Assembly (NCBI RefSeq): GCF_963921235.1
Contig: NC_086097.1
Location: forward strand, 243,476,001-243,540,000
Length of the DNA stretch: 64,000 bases
From: Mobula hypostoma
Lineage: Eukaryota
Direction: 5' to 3'
Part shown: positions 52,523-64,000 of the stretch, in pieces
Numbering within the stretch: the first letter of the stretch is position 1
How the letters are laid out: each line of letters opens with the position of its first letter
Made by a program: the position numbers and the translations under genes
The notes under the pieces: generated by a model
The model's input: only the letters and a program-made list of their open reading frames with translations
What the model was told of the DNA's origin: nothing
The model's database searches: none

Positions 52523-53232
52523 AATAATGATGATCAGAAGAAAATTGGATTGTCATAAAACCCTTCAATTTCTCTAATGTTCATTCAGGAGGCAATCTGT
52601 TTTACACAAACTGGTCTGCACATCAAAGTCAAATTCAAAGTCAAAGATGAGTTTTTTGTCATATGGCCACATACTTGAATGCAGAACGAGAGGAGTATCA
52701 CAGCAGCATCAGAGACATGGCATTCACAAGAAAATAAACAAATAAACAAGCTAGAACAGAAAAAAAGCACTAAGTCCATTGTAGGGCAAAGAGGTCATAG
52801 AATCGTAGAATCATAGAAATCTACAGCACATAACAGATCCTTTGGCCTACAATGTTGTGCCGACCACGTAACCTACTCCAAAAGCTGCCTAGAATTTCCC
52901 TACTGCATAGTCCTTTATTTTTCTAAGCTCCACGTCCCTATCTAACAGTCTGTTAAAATACCCTTTGCATCCGCTTCCACCACCACCACCGGCAGTGCAT
53001 TCCACACACCCACCACTCTGTGTGTGAAAAAGTTACCTCTGACATCCCCCTTGTACCTACTTCCAAGCACCTTAGAACTATGCCTCCCCATGTCATGGTG
53101 TTGTTATGCTGACATGGTGATCAAGGTTATGCAGGTTACTGTATGAATAAGAATCAGAATCAGATTTATTATCACTGACATATGATAGGACATTTGTTGA
53201 CTTGCAGCAGCTGTACATACCATTATTATAAA

Positions 53233-53742
53233 TGTAATGCCCTAGTTCCTATTTTGTTTTCTGTTATGCTGTTCTGTGCAAGCCGCTTGTTTGGGTTACT
53301 GTTGAATATAAGAGATTGGAGAACTGTGTGCCATCCAATTAGGATAGCCAGATTAAGGGGAGGTTTCTCTGGTGAGGGACATGAAGGTTGGGCTTGGGGC
53401 TCTTGGGAAGGGAAAGAAGAGAGAAGACGCCAGAGGGATTCGACTCGTAGCGGGGTCGTGATTCAACGGAGCCCAGGATGAGACTGAAGGAGGATCGGCG
53501 AAGGGGAAACTTGTGCACATTAGACTGTTTCATTAAAATGGGCCCTTTTCTTTTTTTTTGCTCTTTCTTTTCTCACCCTTTAGTCGACCGTCTGTTATCT
53601 CGTGGCACTTATTTGTAACGGGGTAACACATCACGCAGCTTCCACACAAACAGGGGGTTTTTGGGGGGCTTGAACCTCAATCTCACACGTCTGGAGATTG
53701 TCTTCCCTAGACTTATGCAGCCAATGGAACCAGAGTGTTTCA
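53233..53742. mobile_element. Solo LTR (510 bp)
   Basis: TGTAA...TTTCA termini with exact 4-bp TSD TAAA (53229-53232 / 53743-53746); interrupts a Rex1-like tail. Confidence 0.7.
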
Positions 53743-55334
53743 TAAATTACAAGATAAATGAAGTATATAATAGAGCACAACAGAAGGGAAATCAATTAGT
53801 GTTAATTGGATCATGAACCATTCGGAAATCTGATGATGGAGGAGAAGAAGATGTTTCTGAATCATTGAGTGTGGGGTTTTGGGCTCCTGTACATCCTCCC
53901 TTGATAGTAGTAACAAGAAGAGGACATGTACTGGGCGGTGAGGGTGATTCATGACGGATGCTGTTTTTTAAGGCCTCTTGAGGATGTCCTTGATGGTTGG
54001 GAATGTTGTGTCTGTTATGGAGTTAGCTCAGTCTACAACCTACAGCATCCTCTTGTGATCCCGTGCTTGGAGCCTCCATCCCAACTAATCAGGTTACTCT
54101 CCACCAAACATTTTTGGAAATTTCTAAGATTCTTTGGTGATATCCAAATCACCTGAGACTCCTAATAAACGAGAACCTTTTATTCGTGATTTGCATCAGT
54201 ATGTCGGGCCCAGGGCAGATGCTCTGTGATATTCATGCTGAGGAACTTAAAACTGCTCAACCTTTCCACTACTGGCTCTGATGACATCAGGTACTGATGA
54301 AGGATCTTGACTGAAAACATGACCATAAGGCCGTAAGTCAGAGGGGCAGAATTAGGCCATTCAGCCCATCGCGTCTGCTCCACCATTTCATCATGGCTGA
54401 TTTATTATCCCTCTCAAACCCATTCTCCTGCCTTCTCCACATAACCTTTGACACCGTGGCAAATCAAGAACCTATTAACCTCTGCTTTAAATATGCTCAA
54501 TGACTTGACCTCTATAGCCATCTGTGGCAATAAATTCCACAGAGTTACCATCCTCTAGCTAAAGAAATTCCTCTTCATCTCTGTTCTAAAGAGATAACAT
54601 TCGGTTATGAGTCTGTGCTCTCCGATCCTAGACTCCCCACTCTAGGAAACTGATGGATATTCAATGTCTTTGGGACAGGGGGAGGGAGTTTTCTTTTTTG
54701 CCAGCCTCAGCTTTCTAAACATAGCAGCTATGAATTTCTACAGATCAAAGTGTCCTTAAACTTCCAACCAATATTCTTTGTTTGGCTTCTTATCATAAAT
54801 GGGAGCCAGTTATCATGAACTAAGCGGATGAGCCAGTCTTCCTTGTTTGGATTTAAATGTGTATCACTGAAAATAAATGAACTGTGTTTTAAATTACTTT
54901 GTTAGGTGGAAGCATCTTCCTCTTGGTAGGGAGAGAGCACCCGCCACTCAAGTAGTGGGTATTGGCAGCCAAACTCACTGTGGAGAATAAACGGGGATGC
55001 ACAAGGGGTGATTGGTAAGTTTGTGGCCTAAGGTAGAAGGAGTCAATTTTAGAAAACCTAGCACATTTATTTTTCAACATAGTCCCCTCCTACATTTACA
55101 CACTTAGTCCAGTGGTCGTGGAGCATACGGATCTTGGACCTCTAGAAAGTGCCAACAGCAGGGGTGATTGATAAGTTTGTGGCCTAAGATAGAAGGAGCT
55201 GAGTTATACAGCTCTCGTTACATGCGCATGCAGTTCAACTCTTTCAGTGATTATGCAGAAAGTTTGAAGTTAATAACTCATCTCCTTCTACCTTAGGCCA
55301 TGAACTTATCAATCACCCCTGATGAGTTATTAAC

Positions 55335-57108
55335 TATATAACCATATAACAATTACAGCACGGAAACAGGCCATCTCAGCCCTTCTAGTCCGTGCCAAAC
55401 TCTGACTCTCACCTAGTCCCACCGACCTGCACTCAGCCCATAACCCTCCATTCCTTTCCTGTCCATATATCTATCCAATTTAACTTTAAATGATAATATC
55501 AAAACTGCCTCAACCACTTCTGCTGGAAGCTCGTTCCACACAGCTACCATTCTCTGAGTAAAGAAGTTCCCCCTCATGTTACCCCTAAACTTTTGCCCTT
55601 TAACTCATATCCTCCTGTTTGAATTTCCCCCACTCTCAATGGAAAAAGCCTATCCATGTCAACTATATCTATCCCCCTCATAATTTTAAATACCTCTATC
55701 AAGTCCCCCCTCAACCTTCTACGCTCCAAAGAATAAAGACCCAACTTGTTCAACCTTTCTCTGTAACTTAGGTTATGAAACCCAGGCAACATTCTAGTAA
55801 ATCTCCTCTGTATTCTCTCTATTTTGTTGACATCTTTCCTATAATTCGGTGACCAGAACTGTAGTCATAGTCATAGTCATAGTCATACTTTATTGATCCC
55901 GGGGGAAATTGGTTTTCGTTACAGTTGCACCATAAATAATAAATAGTAATAGAAATAGTAATAGTAATATTACTATTTGTAAGTAGTAAATAGTAATAGT
56001 CATAGAAATAATAAATAGTAATAGAATAGTAATAGAAAATAGTAATAAATAGTTAAATAGTAATATGTAAATTATGCCAGTAAATTATGAAGTAAGTCCA
56101 GGACCAGCCTATCGGCTCAGGGTGTCTGAGGAGTTGTAAAGTTTGATGGCCACAGGCAGGAATGACTTCCTATGACGCTCTGTGTTGCATCTCAGTGGAG
56201 TGAGTCTCTGGCTGAATGTCTCCTGTGCCCAACCAGGACATTATGTAGTGGATGGGAGACATTGACCAAGATGGCATGCAACTTAGACAGCGTCCTCTTT
56301 TCAGACACCATCGTGAGAGAGTCCAGTTCCATCCCCACAACATCACTGGCCTTACGAATGAGTTTGTTGATTCTGTTGGTGTCTGCTACCCTCAGCCTGC
56401 TGCCCCAGCACACAACAGCAAACATGATAGCACTGGCCACCACAGACTTGTGGAACATCCTCAGCATCATCCGGCAGATGTTAAAGGACCTCAGTCTCCT
56501 CAGGAAATAGAGACGGCTCTGACCCTTCTTGTAGACAGCCTCAGTGTTCTTAGACCAGTCCAGTTCATTGTCAATTCATATCCCCAGGTATTTGTAATCC
56601 TCCACCATGTCCACACTGACCCCCTGGATGGAAACAGGGGTCACCGGTACCTTAGCTCTCCTCAGGTCTACCACCAGCTCCTTAGACTTTTTCACATTAA
56701 GCTGCAGATAATTCTGCTCACACCATGTGACAAAGTTTCCTACCGTAGCCCTGTACTCAACCTCATCTCCCTTGCTGATGCATCCAACTATGGCAGAGTC
56801 ATCAGAAAACTTCTGAAGATGACAAGACTCTGTGCAGTAGTTGAAGTCCGAGGTGTAAATGGTGAAGAGAATACTCCAAATTTGGCCTTACCAATGCCTT
56901 ATACAATTTCAACATTACATCCCAACTCCTATACTCAATGCTCTGATTAATAAAGGCCAGCATACTAAAAGCTTTCTTCACCACCCTTTCCACATGAGAT
57001 TCCACCTTCAGGGAACTATGCACCATTATTCCTAGATTCCTCTGTTCTACTGCATTCTTCAATGCCCTGCCATTTGCCATGTATGTATTGCCATGTATTA
57101 CCATATAA
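55335..57108 (-). mobile_element. CR1 3' fragment inserted in the MITE, itself interrupted by Rex1
   Basis: ORFs 56802..57104 and 55574..55792; (TATGGTTA)n tail; flanked by 16-bp duplication CTGATGAGTTATTAAC. Confidence 0.85.
55863..56870 (-). mobile_element. Rex1-like LINE 3' fragment
   Basis: LQKFSDDS (RT motif) and MFHKSVVASAIMFAVVCWGS..HPLH; AATAAA plus (TATGAC)n tail. Confidence 0.8.
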
Positions 57109-58200
57109 CTGATGAGTTATTAACCTCAAACTTTCTGCATCATCACTCAAAGGGTTGAACTGCATGTGCATGTGACGAGAGCTGTATAACTCATCTCCTT
57201 CTACCTCAGGCCATGAACTTATCAATCACCCCTGCTGTGGACACTTTCCCAAGACTTGTATGCTCCACGACCACTGGACTAAGTGTGTAAATGTAGGAGG
57301 GGACTATGTTGAAAAATAAATGTGCTAAGTTTTCTAAAATTGACTCCTACCTTAGGCCACGAACTTATCAATTACCCCTCGTAAACCAGTCTTTGAAGAT
57401 TGAGTAGTGACAGTATAATCTCTGTCCTTGGAAAAATAAAGTCTCTGGCTGCCCATTCTATTTATGAATCTTATCACTTATGCACCTCTATCAAGTCACC
57501 TCTCATTCTCCTTTGCTCCAGAGTGAAAAGCCCTAGCCCTCACTCAACCTTTCCTCATAGGACATGCACTCTCTTCCAGGCAACATCTTGCTAACTCTTC
57601 TCTGCCCCCGCCCCCCACGAAGCTTTCACATCCTCCCTATAATGAGGGGACTAGAACTGAACACATTATTCCAGGTGTGGTCTAACCAGAGTTTTATAGA
57701 CCTGCAACATTACCTCACAGCACTTGAATTGAATCCCCTGACTAGTAAAGTTCGAACCATGTGCCTCCTTAACCACCCCGTCAGCTTGCAAAGTGTTACA
57801 GTTCTAGACAATACAATTAGTTATATCGTAAATCATGCATTTTTGTTTTTGAGGTAATTGTTAGAAAACCTTTAATGTTATTTAAATTTATTTAATTTTG
57901 GATGTCAGTCAAGATGGTGGGCATGACTTTGCCTGCAGCCATTTTTTTTTTCTCAGTTGATTGTTGGGTGTGGCTTATTAAGATTCATGAACATTATACA
58001 AGGCCTCACTGCTGTGCTGGGCGTCCCAGTTTACGAGTTGAAATTTACTTCCTGAAATGTCTTTTATCCGCATTTAAATCACATTCCTCAGCAGAAATCA
58101 TGGGCATCCTCTTTAACATTAATGCTCTTGGAGGTCTACATACTTTGGAGTCACTTTCATCTTGTTGGACTGGTAAGATAAGTGGGCAGCTTTAAAATCA

Positions 58201-58873
58201 ACCAACGCATATCAAAGTTGCTGGTGAACGCAGCAGGCCAGGCAGCATCTCTAGGAAGAGGTACAGTCGACATTTTGGGCCGAGACCCTTCGTCAGGACT
58301 AACTGAAGGAAGAGCTAGTAAGAGATTTGAAAGTGGGAGAGGGAGGGGGAGATCCAAAATGATAGGAGAAGACAGGAGGGGGAGGGATGGAGCCAAGAGC
58401 TGGACAGGTGATTGGCAAAGGGGATATGAGAGGATCATGGGACAGGAGGCCCAGGGAGAAAGACAAGGGGGGGGGGAGCCCAGAGGATGGACAAGGGGTA
58501 TAGTCAGAGGGACAGAGGGAGAAAAAGGAGAGTGAGAGAAAGAATGTGTGTATAAAAATAAATATAAATAATGGATGGGGTATGAGGGGGAGATGGGGCA
58601 TTAGCAGAAGTTAGAGAAGTCAATGTTCATGCCATCAGGTTGGAGGCTACCCAGATGTCATCAGGTTGGAGGCTACCCAGACGATCTCCCCCTCCCCCTC
58701 CCACTTTCAAACCTCTTACTAACTCTTCCTTCAGTTAGTCCTGACGAGGGGTCTCGGCCTGAAACGTTGACTGTACCTCTTCCTAGAGATGCTGCCTGGC
58801 CTGCTGCATTCACCAGCAACTTTGATGTGCGTTGCTTGAATTTCCAGCATCTGTAGAATTCCTGTTGTTAGCA
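58201..58873. mobile_element. Penelope-like insert with inverted terminal repeats
   Basis: Left arm (-) about 58203-58655, right arm (+) about 58684-58873; 9-bp TSD TTAAAATCA (58192-58200 / 58874-58882). Confidence 0.85.
58737..58773 (+). ncRNA. Minimal type-I hammerhead ribozyme motif (best-preserved copy)
   Basis: AGTC [stem I] CTGACGA G GGGT-CTCG-GCCT [stem II] GAAAC GTT^ GACT [stem I']. The CUGANGA/GAAA core and NUH triplet are intact; stem III is the palindrome ACGT. Confidence 0.65.
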
Positions 58874-59594
58874 TTAAAATCAGTCGGCCTAGAGACTTCA
58901 AGTTACTCTGTCTCCATTTTATCTAGCATAAAGATGCACAGGAGGTCAGGCAGCTCCTGTAGTGAGAGAAACAGAGTTAATGTTTTAGGTCAATGAGAAT
59001 TAAAAGAAGTTGTGGGATGTCAGAGGTAAGTTTTTTTTCACATAGAGAATGGTGAAGATACATCTCTGCAAAAGAAGGTGTAGGCACTCCTTTACTCCAC
59101 TAGCCTTCAGGTCACCCTTGGGCAAGGTGTAGCACCTGCTTTGCGCCCACCCCCTTCAGCTCCCCACCCCACCCTCCTCAGATCAGGCTCACGTAAAGTC
59201 ATGGGAGCAGGTGGTGGTTGGTCGTACAAGCAGCTGGTGCATATCACAAGTCCTGGTTATGCGACCACTGATGCCAGGCAGGCAATCCCTGAAGAGTATT
59301 GATAATGTGCTGTAGCACTTACTTTTTATTCGCAGTTATTTTGTAAATAACACTATTCTTTGCATTTCTGGTTGGGTGCTAACAGCATTTCATTGGCTTT
59401 GTATCTGTACTTGGCACAATGACAATAATGTCGAATCTAATCTGATCTAATCTAATGGCTGGGGTCACCCGTCTTGTAAAGACACGGCCCAGAAGAAGGC
59501 AACGGCAAACCACTTCTGTAGAAAACTTTGCCAAGAGCAGTCACAGTCACGGAAAGACCATGATTGCCTGCATCATACAACATGGCTCATAATG

Positions 59595-59680
59595 AATTCT
59601 TATTCATAACTTATTGAAAAGTTATTCAAATTCTTACTCATAACTTACTCAAAAGTTATTCAAATTCTTATTCATAACTT
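59595..59680. repeat. 34-bp tandem repeat, 2.5 copies
   Basis: Unit AATTCTTATTCATAACTTATTGAAAAGTTATTCA with internal ATAACTT/AAGTTAT inverted repeat. Confidence 0.8.
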
Positions 59681-59716
59681 TACCTCAATGCACTATGCAA
59701 TGATTTGATCTCAATG

Positions 59717-62700
59717 AAACATAGAAACATAGAAAACCTACAGCACAATACAGGCCCTTCAGCCCACAAAGTTGTGCCAAACATGTCCCTACCTTAGAAA
59801 GTCTACCTCTGAAGTCTACCTTAGACTTCAGAGAACTAGGAAGAAGGTTGAAAAGCAGGACCTCCAGGCTGGTTATCTCCGGTTTGCTTCCAGTTCCTCG
59901 TGCTGGAGAGGGCCCGAACAGGGAGATAATGGATCTGAACTGGTGCAGGAATCAAGGATTTACATTCTTAGACCACTGGGGTATGTTTCGGGGTCAGGAT
60001 GAATTGTGCAAAACGGTTTGTACCTTAATAGGTGGGGGACCAGCATTCTGGCAGGCAGGTTTGCCTCTGCAACACAGGTGTGTTTAAACTAAGTAATGGG
60101 CTGAGGGGACGAACTGGAAACATAAGGATGGAGTTAAAGGGAAAGCGAGAATAAGAAAAGTTAAGAAAGACAAGAGAATCAACAGAGCAGAAAGTTCAAG
60201 AAGGGATTGTACAGTATGGCCAAGTGAAATAGGAATTGATACGGGAGGTGAGGGGAGTAATGAATTAAAAGTACTGTATATGAATGCACGGAGTATAAGA
60301 AATAAAGTGGATGAGCTTGAGGCTCAGCTGGAAATTGGTAAGTATGATGTTGTGGGAATAACAGAGACATGGCTTCAAGTGGACAGGGCCTGGGAAATGA
60401 ATATTCAAGAGTATACGTCCTATCGAAAGGACAGACTGATGGGCAGAGGGGGTGGGGTGGCGCTGTTGGTGAGGAATGATATTCAGTCCCTTGCGAGGGG
60501 GGACATAGAATCAGGAGATGTAGAGTCAGTATGGATAGAACAGAGAAATTCTAAGGGTAGAAAGACCCTAATGGGAGTTATCTACAGGCCCCCAAACAGT
60601 AGTCTGGATGTAGGGTGTAAGTTGAATCAAGAGTTAAAATTGGGATGTCACAAAGGTAATACTACAGTTGTTATGGGGGATTTCAACATGCAAGTAGACT
60701 GGAGGAATCAGGTTGGTGCTGGATCCCAAGAAAGGGAGTTTGTGGAGTGCCTCCGAGATGGATTCTTAGAACAGCTTGTGCTGGAGCCTACCAGGGAGAA
60801 GGCAAATCTGGATTTAGTGTTGTGCAATGAACCTGATTTGATCAGGGACCTCAAGGTAAAGGAGCCATTAGGAGGTAGTGACCATAATATGTTAAGTTTT
60901 AATCTACAAATTGAGAGGGAGAAGGGAAACTCGGAAGTGTCAGTATTACAGTTGAACAAAGGGAACTTTGGTGCTATGAGGGAGGAGCTGGCCAAAGTTC
61001 AGTGGAACAATACCCTAGCAGGGATGACAGTGGAACAACAATGGCAGGTATTTCTGGGAATAATGCAGAAGGTGCAGGATCAGTTCATTCCAAAGAGGAA
61101 GAAAGATTCTAGGGGGAATAAGGAAAGGCCGTGGCTGACAAGGGAAGTAATGAACAGTATAAAAATAAAAGAGAAGAAGTATAACATAGTGGGAAGCTGG
61201 AGGATTAGGAAACTTTTAAAGAGCAACAGAAGGTAACTAAAAAGGCAATACACAGAGAAAAAGTGAGGTACAAAGGTAAACTAGCCAAGAATATAAAAGA
61301 GGATAGTAAAAGCTTCTTTAGGTATGTGAAAAGGAAAAAAATAGTTAAGACCAAAATTGGGCCCTTGAAGACAGAAGCCGGTGAATTTATTATGGGGAAC
61401 AAGGAAATGGCAGATGAGTTGAACAGGTACTTTGGATCTGTCTTCACTAGGGAAGACACAAACAATCTCCCAGATATAATAGTGGCCAAAGGACCTAGGG
61501 TAAAGGATGAACTGAAGGAAATTTATATTAGGCAGGAAATGGTGTTGGATAGACTGTTGGGTCTGAAAGCTGTTAAGTCCCTGGGACCTGATGGTCTGCA
61601 TCCCAGGGTACTTAAGGAGGTGGCTTTAGAAATCGTAGACACATCGGTAATCATTTTCCAATGTTCTATAGATTCACGATCAGTTCCTGTAGATTGGAGG
61701 GTGGCTAATTTTGTCCCACTTTCCAAGAAAGGAGGGAGAGAGAAAACAGGGAATTATGGACCGGTTAGCCTGACGTCAGTGGTGGGAAAGATGCTGAAGT
61801 CAATTATAAAAAATGCAACTAGGCCACATTTGGATGGCAGTAACAGGATAGGTCTGAGTCAGCATGGATTTACAAAGGGGAAATTGGGCTTGACTAATCT
61901 TCTGGAATTTTTTGAGGAAGTAACTATGAAAATGGACAAGGGAGAGCCAGAGGATGTAATGTACCTGGACTTTCAGAAAGCCTTTGATAAAGTCCCACAT
62001 AGGAGATTAGTGGGCAAAATTAGGGCACATGGTATTGGGGGCAGAGTACTGACATGGATTGAAAATTGGCTGGTTGACAGGAAACAAAGAGTAGCGATTA
62101 ACGGGTCCCTTTTGGAATGGCAGGCTGTGACCAGTGGGGTACCGCAGGGTTCAGTGCTGGGACCACAGCTGTTTACAATATACATTAATGAATTAGATGA
62201 AGGGATTAAAAGTAACATCAGCAAATTTGCAGATGACACAAAGCTGAGTGGCAGTGTGACATGTGAGGAGGATGTTATGAGAATGCAGGGTGACTTGGAC
62301 AGGCTGGGTGAGTGGGCGGATGCATGGCAGATACAGTTTAATGTGGATAAATGTGAGGTTATCCACTTTGGTGGTAAGAACAGGAACGCAGATTATTATC
62401 TAAATGGAGTCAAGTTAGGAAAAGGGGAAGTACAACGAGACCTAGGTGTTCTTGTACATCAGTCACTGAAAGCAAGCATGCAGGTACAGCAGACAGTGAA
62501 GAATGGCATGCTGGCCTTCATAACAAGGGGAATTAAGTATAGGAGCAAAGAGGTCCTTCTGCAGCTGTACAGGGCCCTGGTGAGACCACACCTGGAGTAT
62601 TGTGTGCAGTTTTGGTCTCCAAATTTGAGGAAGGACGTTCTTGCTATTGAGGGAGTGCAGCGTAGGTTCACAAGGTTAATTCCAGGGATGGCAGGACTGT

Positions 62701-64000
62701 CATATGTTGAAAGATTGGAGCAACTGGGCTTGTATACACTGGAATTTAGAAGGATGAGAGGGGATCTAATTGAAACTTATAAGATTATTAAGGGATTGGA
62801 CATGCTGGAGGCAGGAAGCATGTTCCCGCTGATGGGTGAGTCCAGAACCAAAGGCCACAGTTTAAGAATAAGGGGTAGGCCATTTAGAACGGAGATGAGG
62901 AAAACTTTTTCAACCAGAGAGTGGAGGATATGTGGAATTCTCTGCCCCAGAAGGCAATGTAGGCCAAGTCTCTGGATACTTTGAAGAAAGAGATGGCTAG
63001 AGCTCTTAAAGATAGCGGAATCCAAGGTTATGGGGATAAGGCAGGAACTAGATACTGATAGTGGATGATCAGCCATGATCACAGTGAATGGCGGTGCTGG
63101 CTCGAAGGACTGAATGGCCTACTCTTGCACCTATTGTCTATTGTGTATTACTAGGCTTACCCATAGCCCTCTATTTTTCAAAGCTCCGTGTACCTATCCA
63201 AAAGTCTCTTAAAAGACCCTATCGTATCCGCCTCCACCACCGTTGCCAGCAGCCCATTCCATGCACTCACCACTCTCTGAGTGAAAAACTTACTCCTGAC
63301 ACCTGCTCTTTACCTTCTCCCCAGCACCTTAAACCTGTGTCCTCTTGGGGCAACCATTTCGGCCCTGGGAAAAAGCCTCTGACTATCGACACAATCAATG
63401 CCTCTCATCATGTTATACACCTCTATCAGGTCACCTGTCATCCTCTGTCACTCCAAGGAGAAAAAGCCGAGTTCATTCAACCTATTCTCATAAGGCATGC
63501 TCCCCAATCCAGGCAACATCCTTGTAAATCTCCTCTGCACCCTTTCTATGGCTTCCACATCCTTCCTGTAGTTAGGCGACTAGAACTGAGCACAGTACTC
63601 CAAGTGGGGTCTGACCAGGGTCCTATACAGCTGCAACATTACCTCTCGGCTCCTAAATTCAGTTCCACGATTAATGAAAGCCAATACACCGTATGCCTTC
63701 TTAACCACAGAGTCAATCTGCGCAGCTGCTTTGAGTGTCCTATGGACTCGGATCCCAAGATCCCTCTGATCCTCCACACTGCCAGGAGTCTTACCATTAA
63801 TACTATATTGTGCCATCTTATTTGACCTACCAGAATGAAGCACCTCACACTTATCTGGGTTGAACTCCATCTGCCACTTCTCAGCCCAGTTTTGCATCCT
63901 ATCAATGTCCCGCTGTAACCTCTGACAGCCCTTCACACTATCCACAACACCCCCAACCTTTGTGTTATCAGCAAACTTACTAACCCATCCCTCCACTTCC
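59717..64000 (-). mobile_element. CR1 LINE (parts 59717-59800 and 63147-64000), runs off the window end
   Basis: ORF 63580..63996 is RT. The 3'UTR CCTACCTTAGAAA|TTACTAGGCTTACCCATAGC is split by the + strand CR1. Confidence 0.88.
59822..63146 (+). mobile_element. CR1 LINE with ORF1 3' part and frameshifted ORF2
   Basis: ORFs 60280..61236 (EN: NARSIRNK, ITETWL, GDFN, SDHN) and 61263..62984 (RT: FADD); CTATTGT tail. Confidence 0.93.

Larger units (their letters stand above)
55002..57381. mobile_element. Mariner-type MITE with long inverted arms (parts 55002-55334 and 57109-57381)
   Basis: TIR CGAGGGGT(G/A)ATTGATAAGTT(C/T)GTGGCCTAAGGTAG, with TA at 57382-57383; arms inverted over about 280 bp; internal extra TIR copies. 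Confidence 0.8.

Overview
Eukaryotic (vertebrate) DNA, most likely a cartilaginous fish, judged from the CR1/HER1-type LINEs and HE1/V-SINE-type SINEs. The only host gene I can support is the 3' half of a collectin gene, COLEC10 (CL-L1)-like, on the + strand. It has three coding exons: collagen exon 6658-6711, neck exon 15395-15490 and C-type lectin exon 49033-49424. They are separated by 8.7 kb and 33.5 kb introns and followed by a duplicated AATAAA-containing block. Nearly everything else is transposon-derived: many CR1 LINEs (one with an uninterrupted ORF2 plus a near-identical second copy), Rex1/Babar-like fragments, an RTE-clade fragment, several bipartite RTE-derived non-autonomous elements, V-SINEs, a solo LTR, and Mariner and hAT MITEs. 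There are also Penelope-like (PLE) remnants whose terminal repeat carries a minimal type-I hammerhead ribozyme motif. The most notable features are these hammerhead-bearing PLE inserts (palindromic, flanked by target-site duplications), multi-level TE nesting, the EPN rather than EPS lectin motif, and TE contributions next to the gene's splice and 3'-end signals. Family assignments come from motif recognition by eye, not database searches, and TE boundaries are approximate unless a TSD is quoted.
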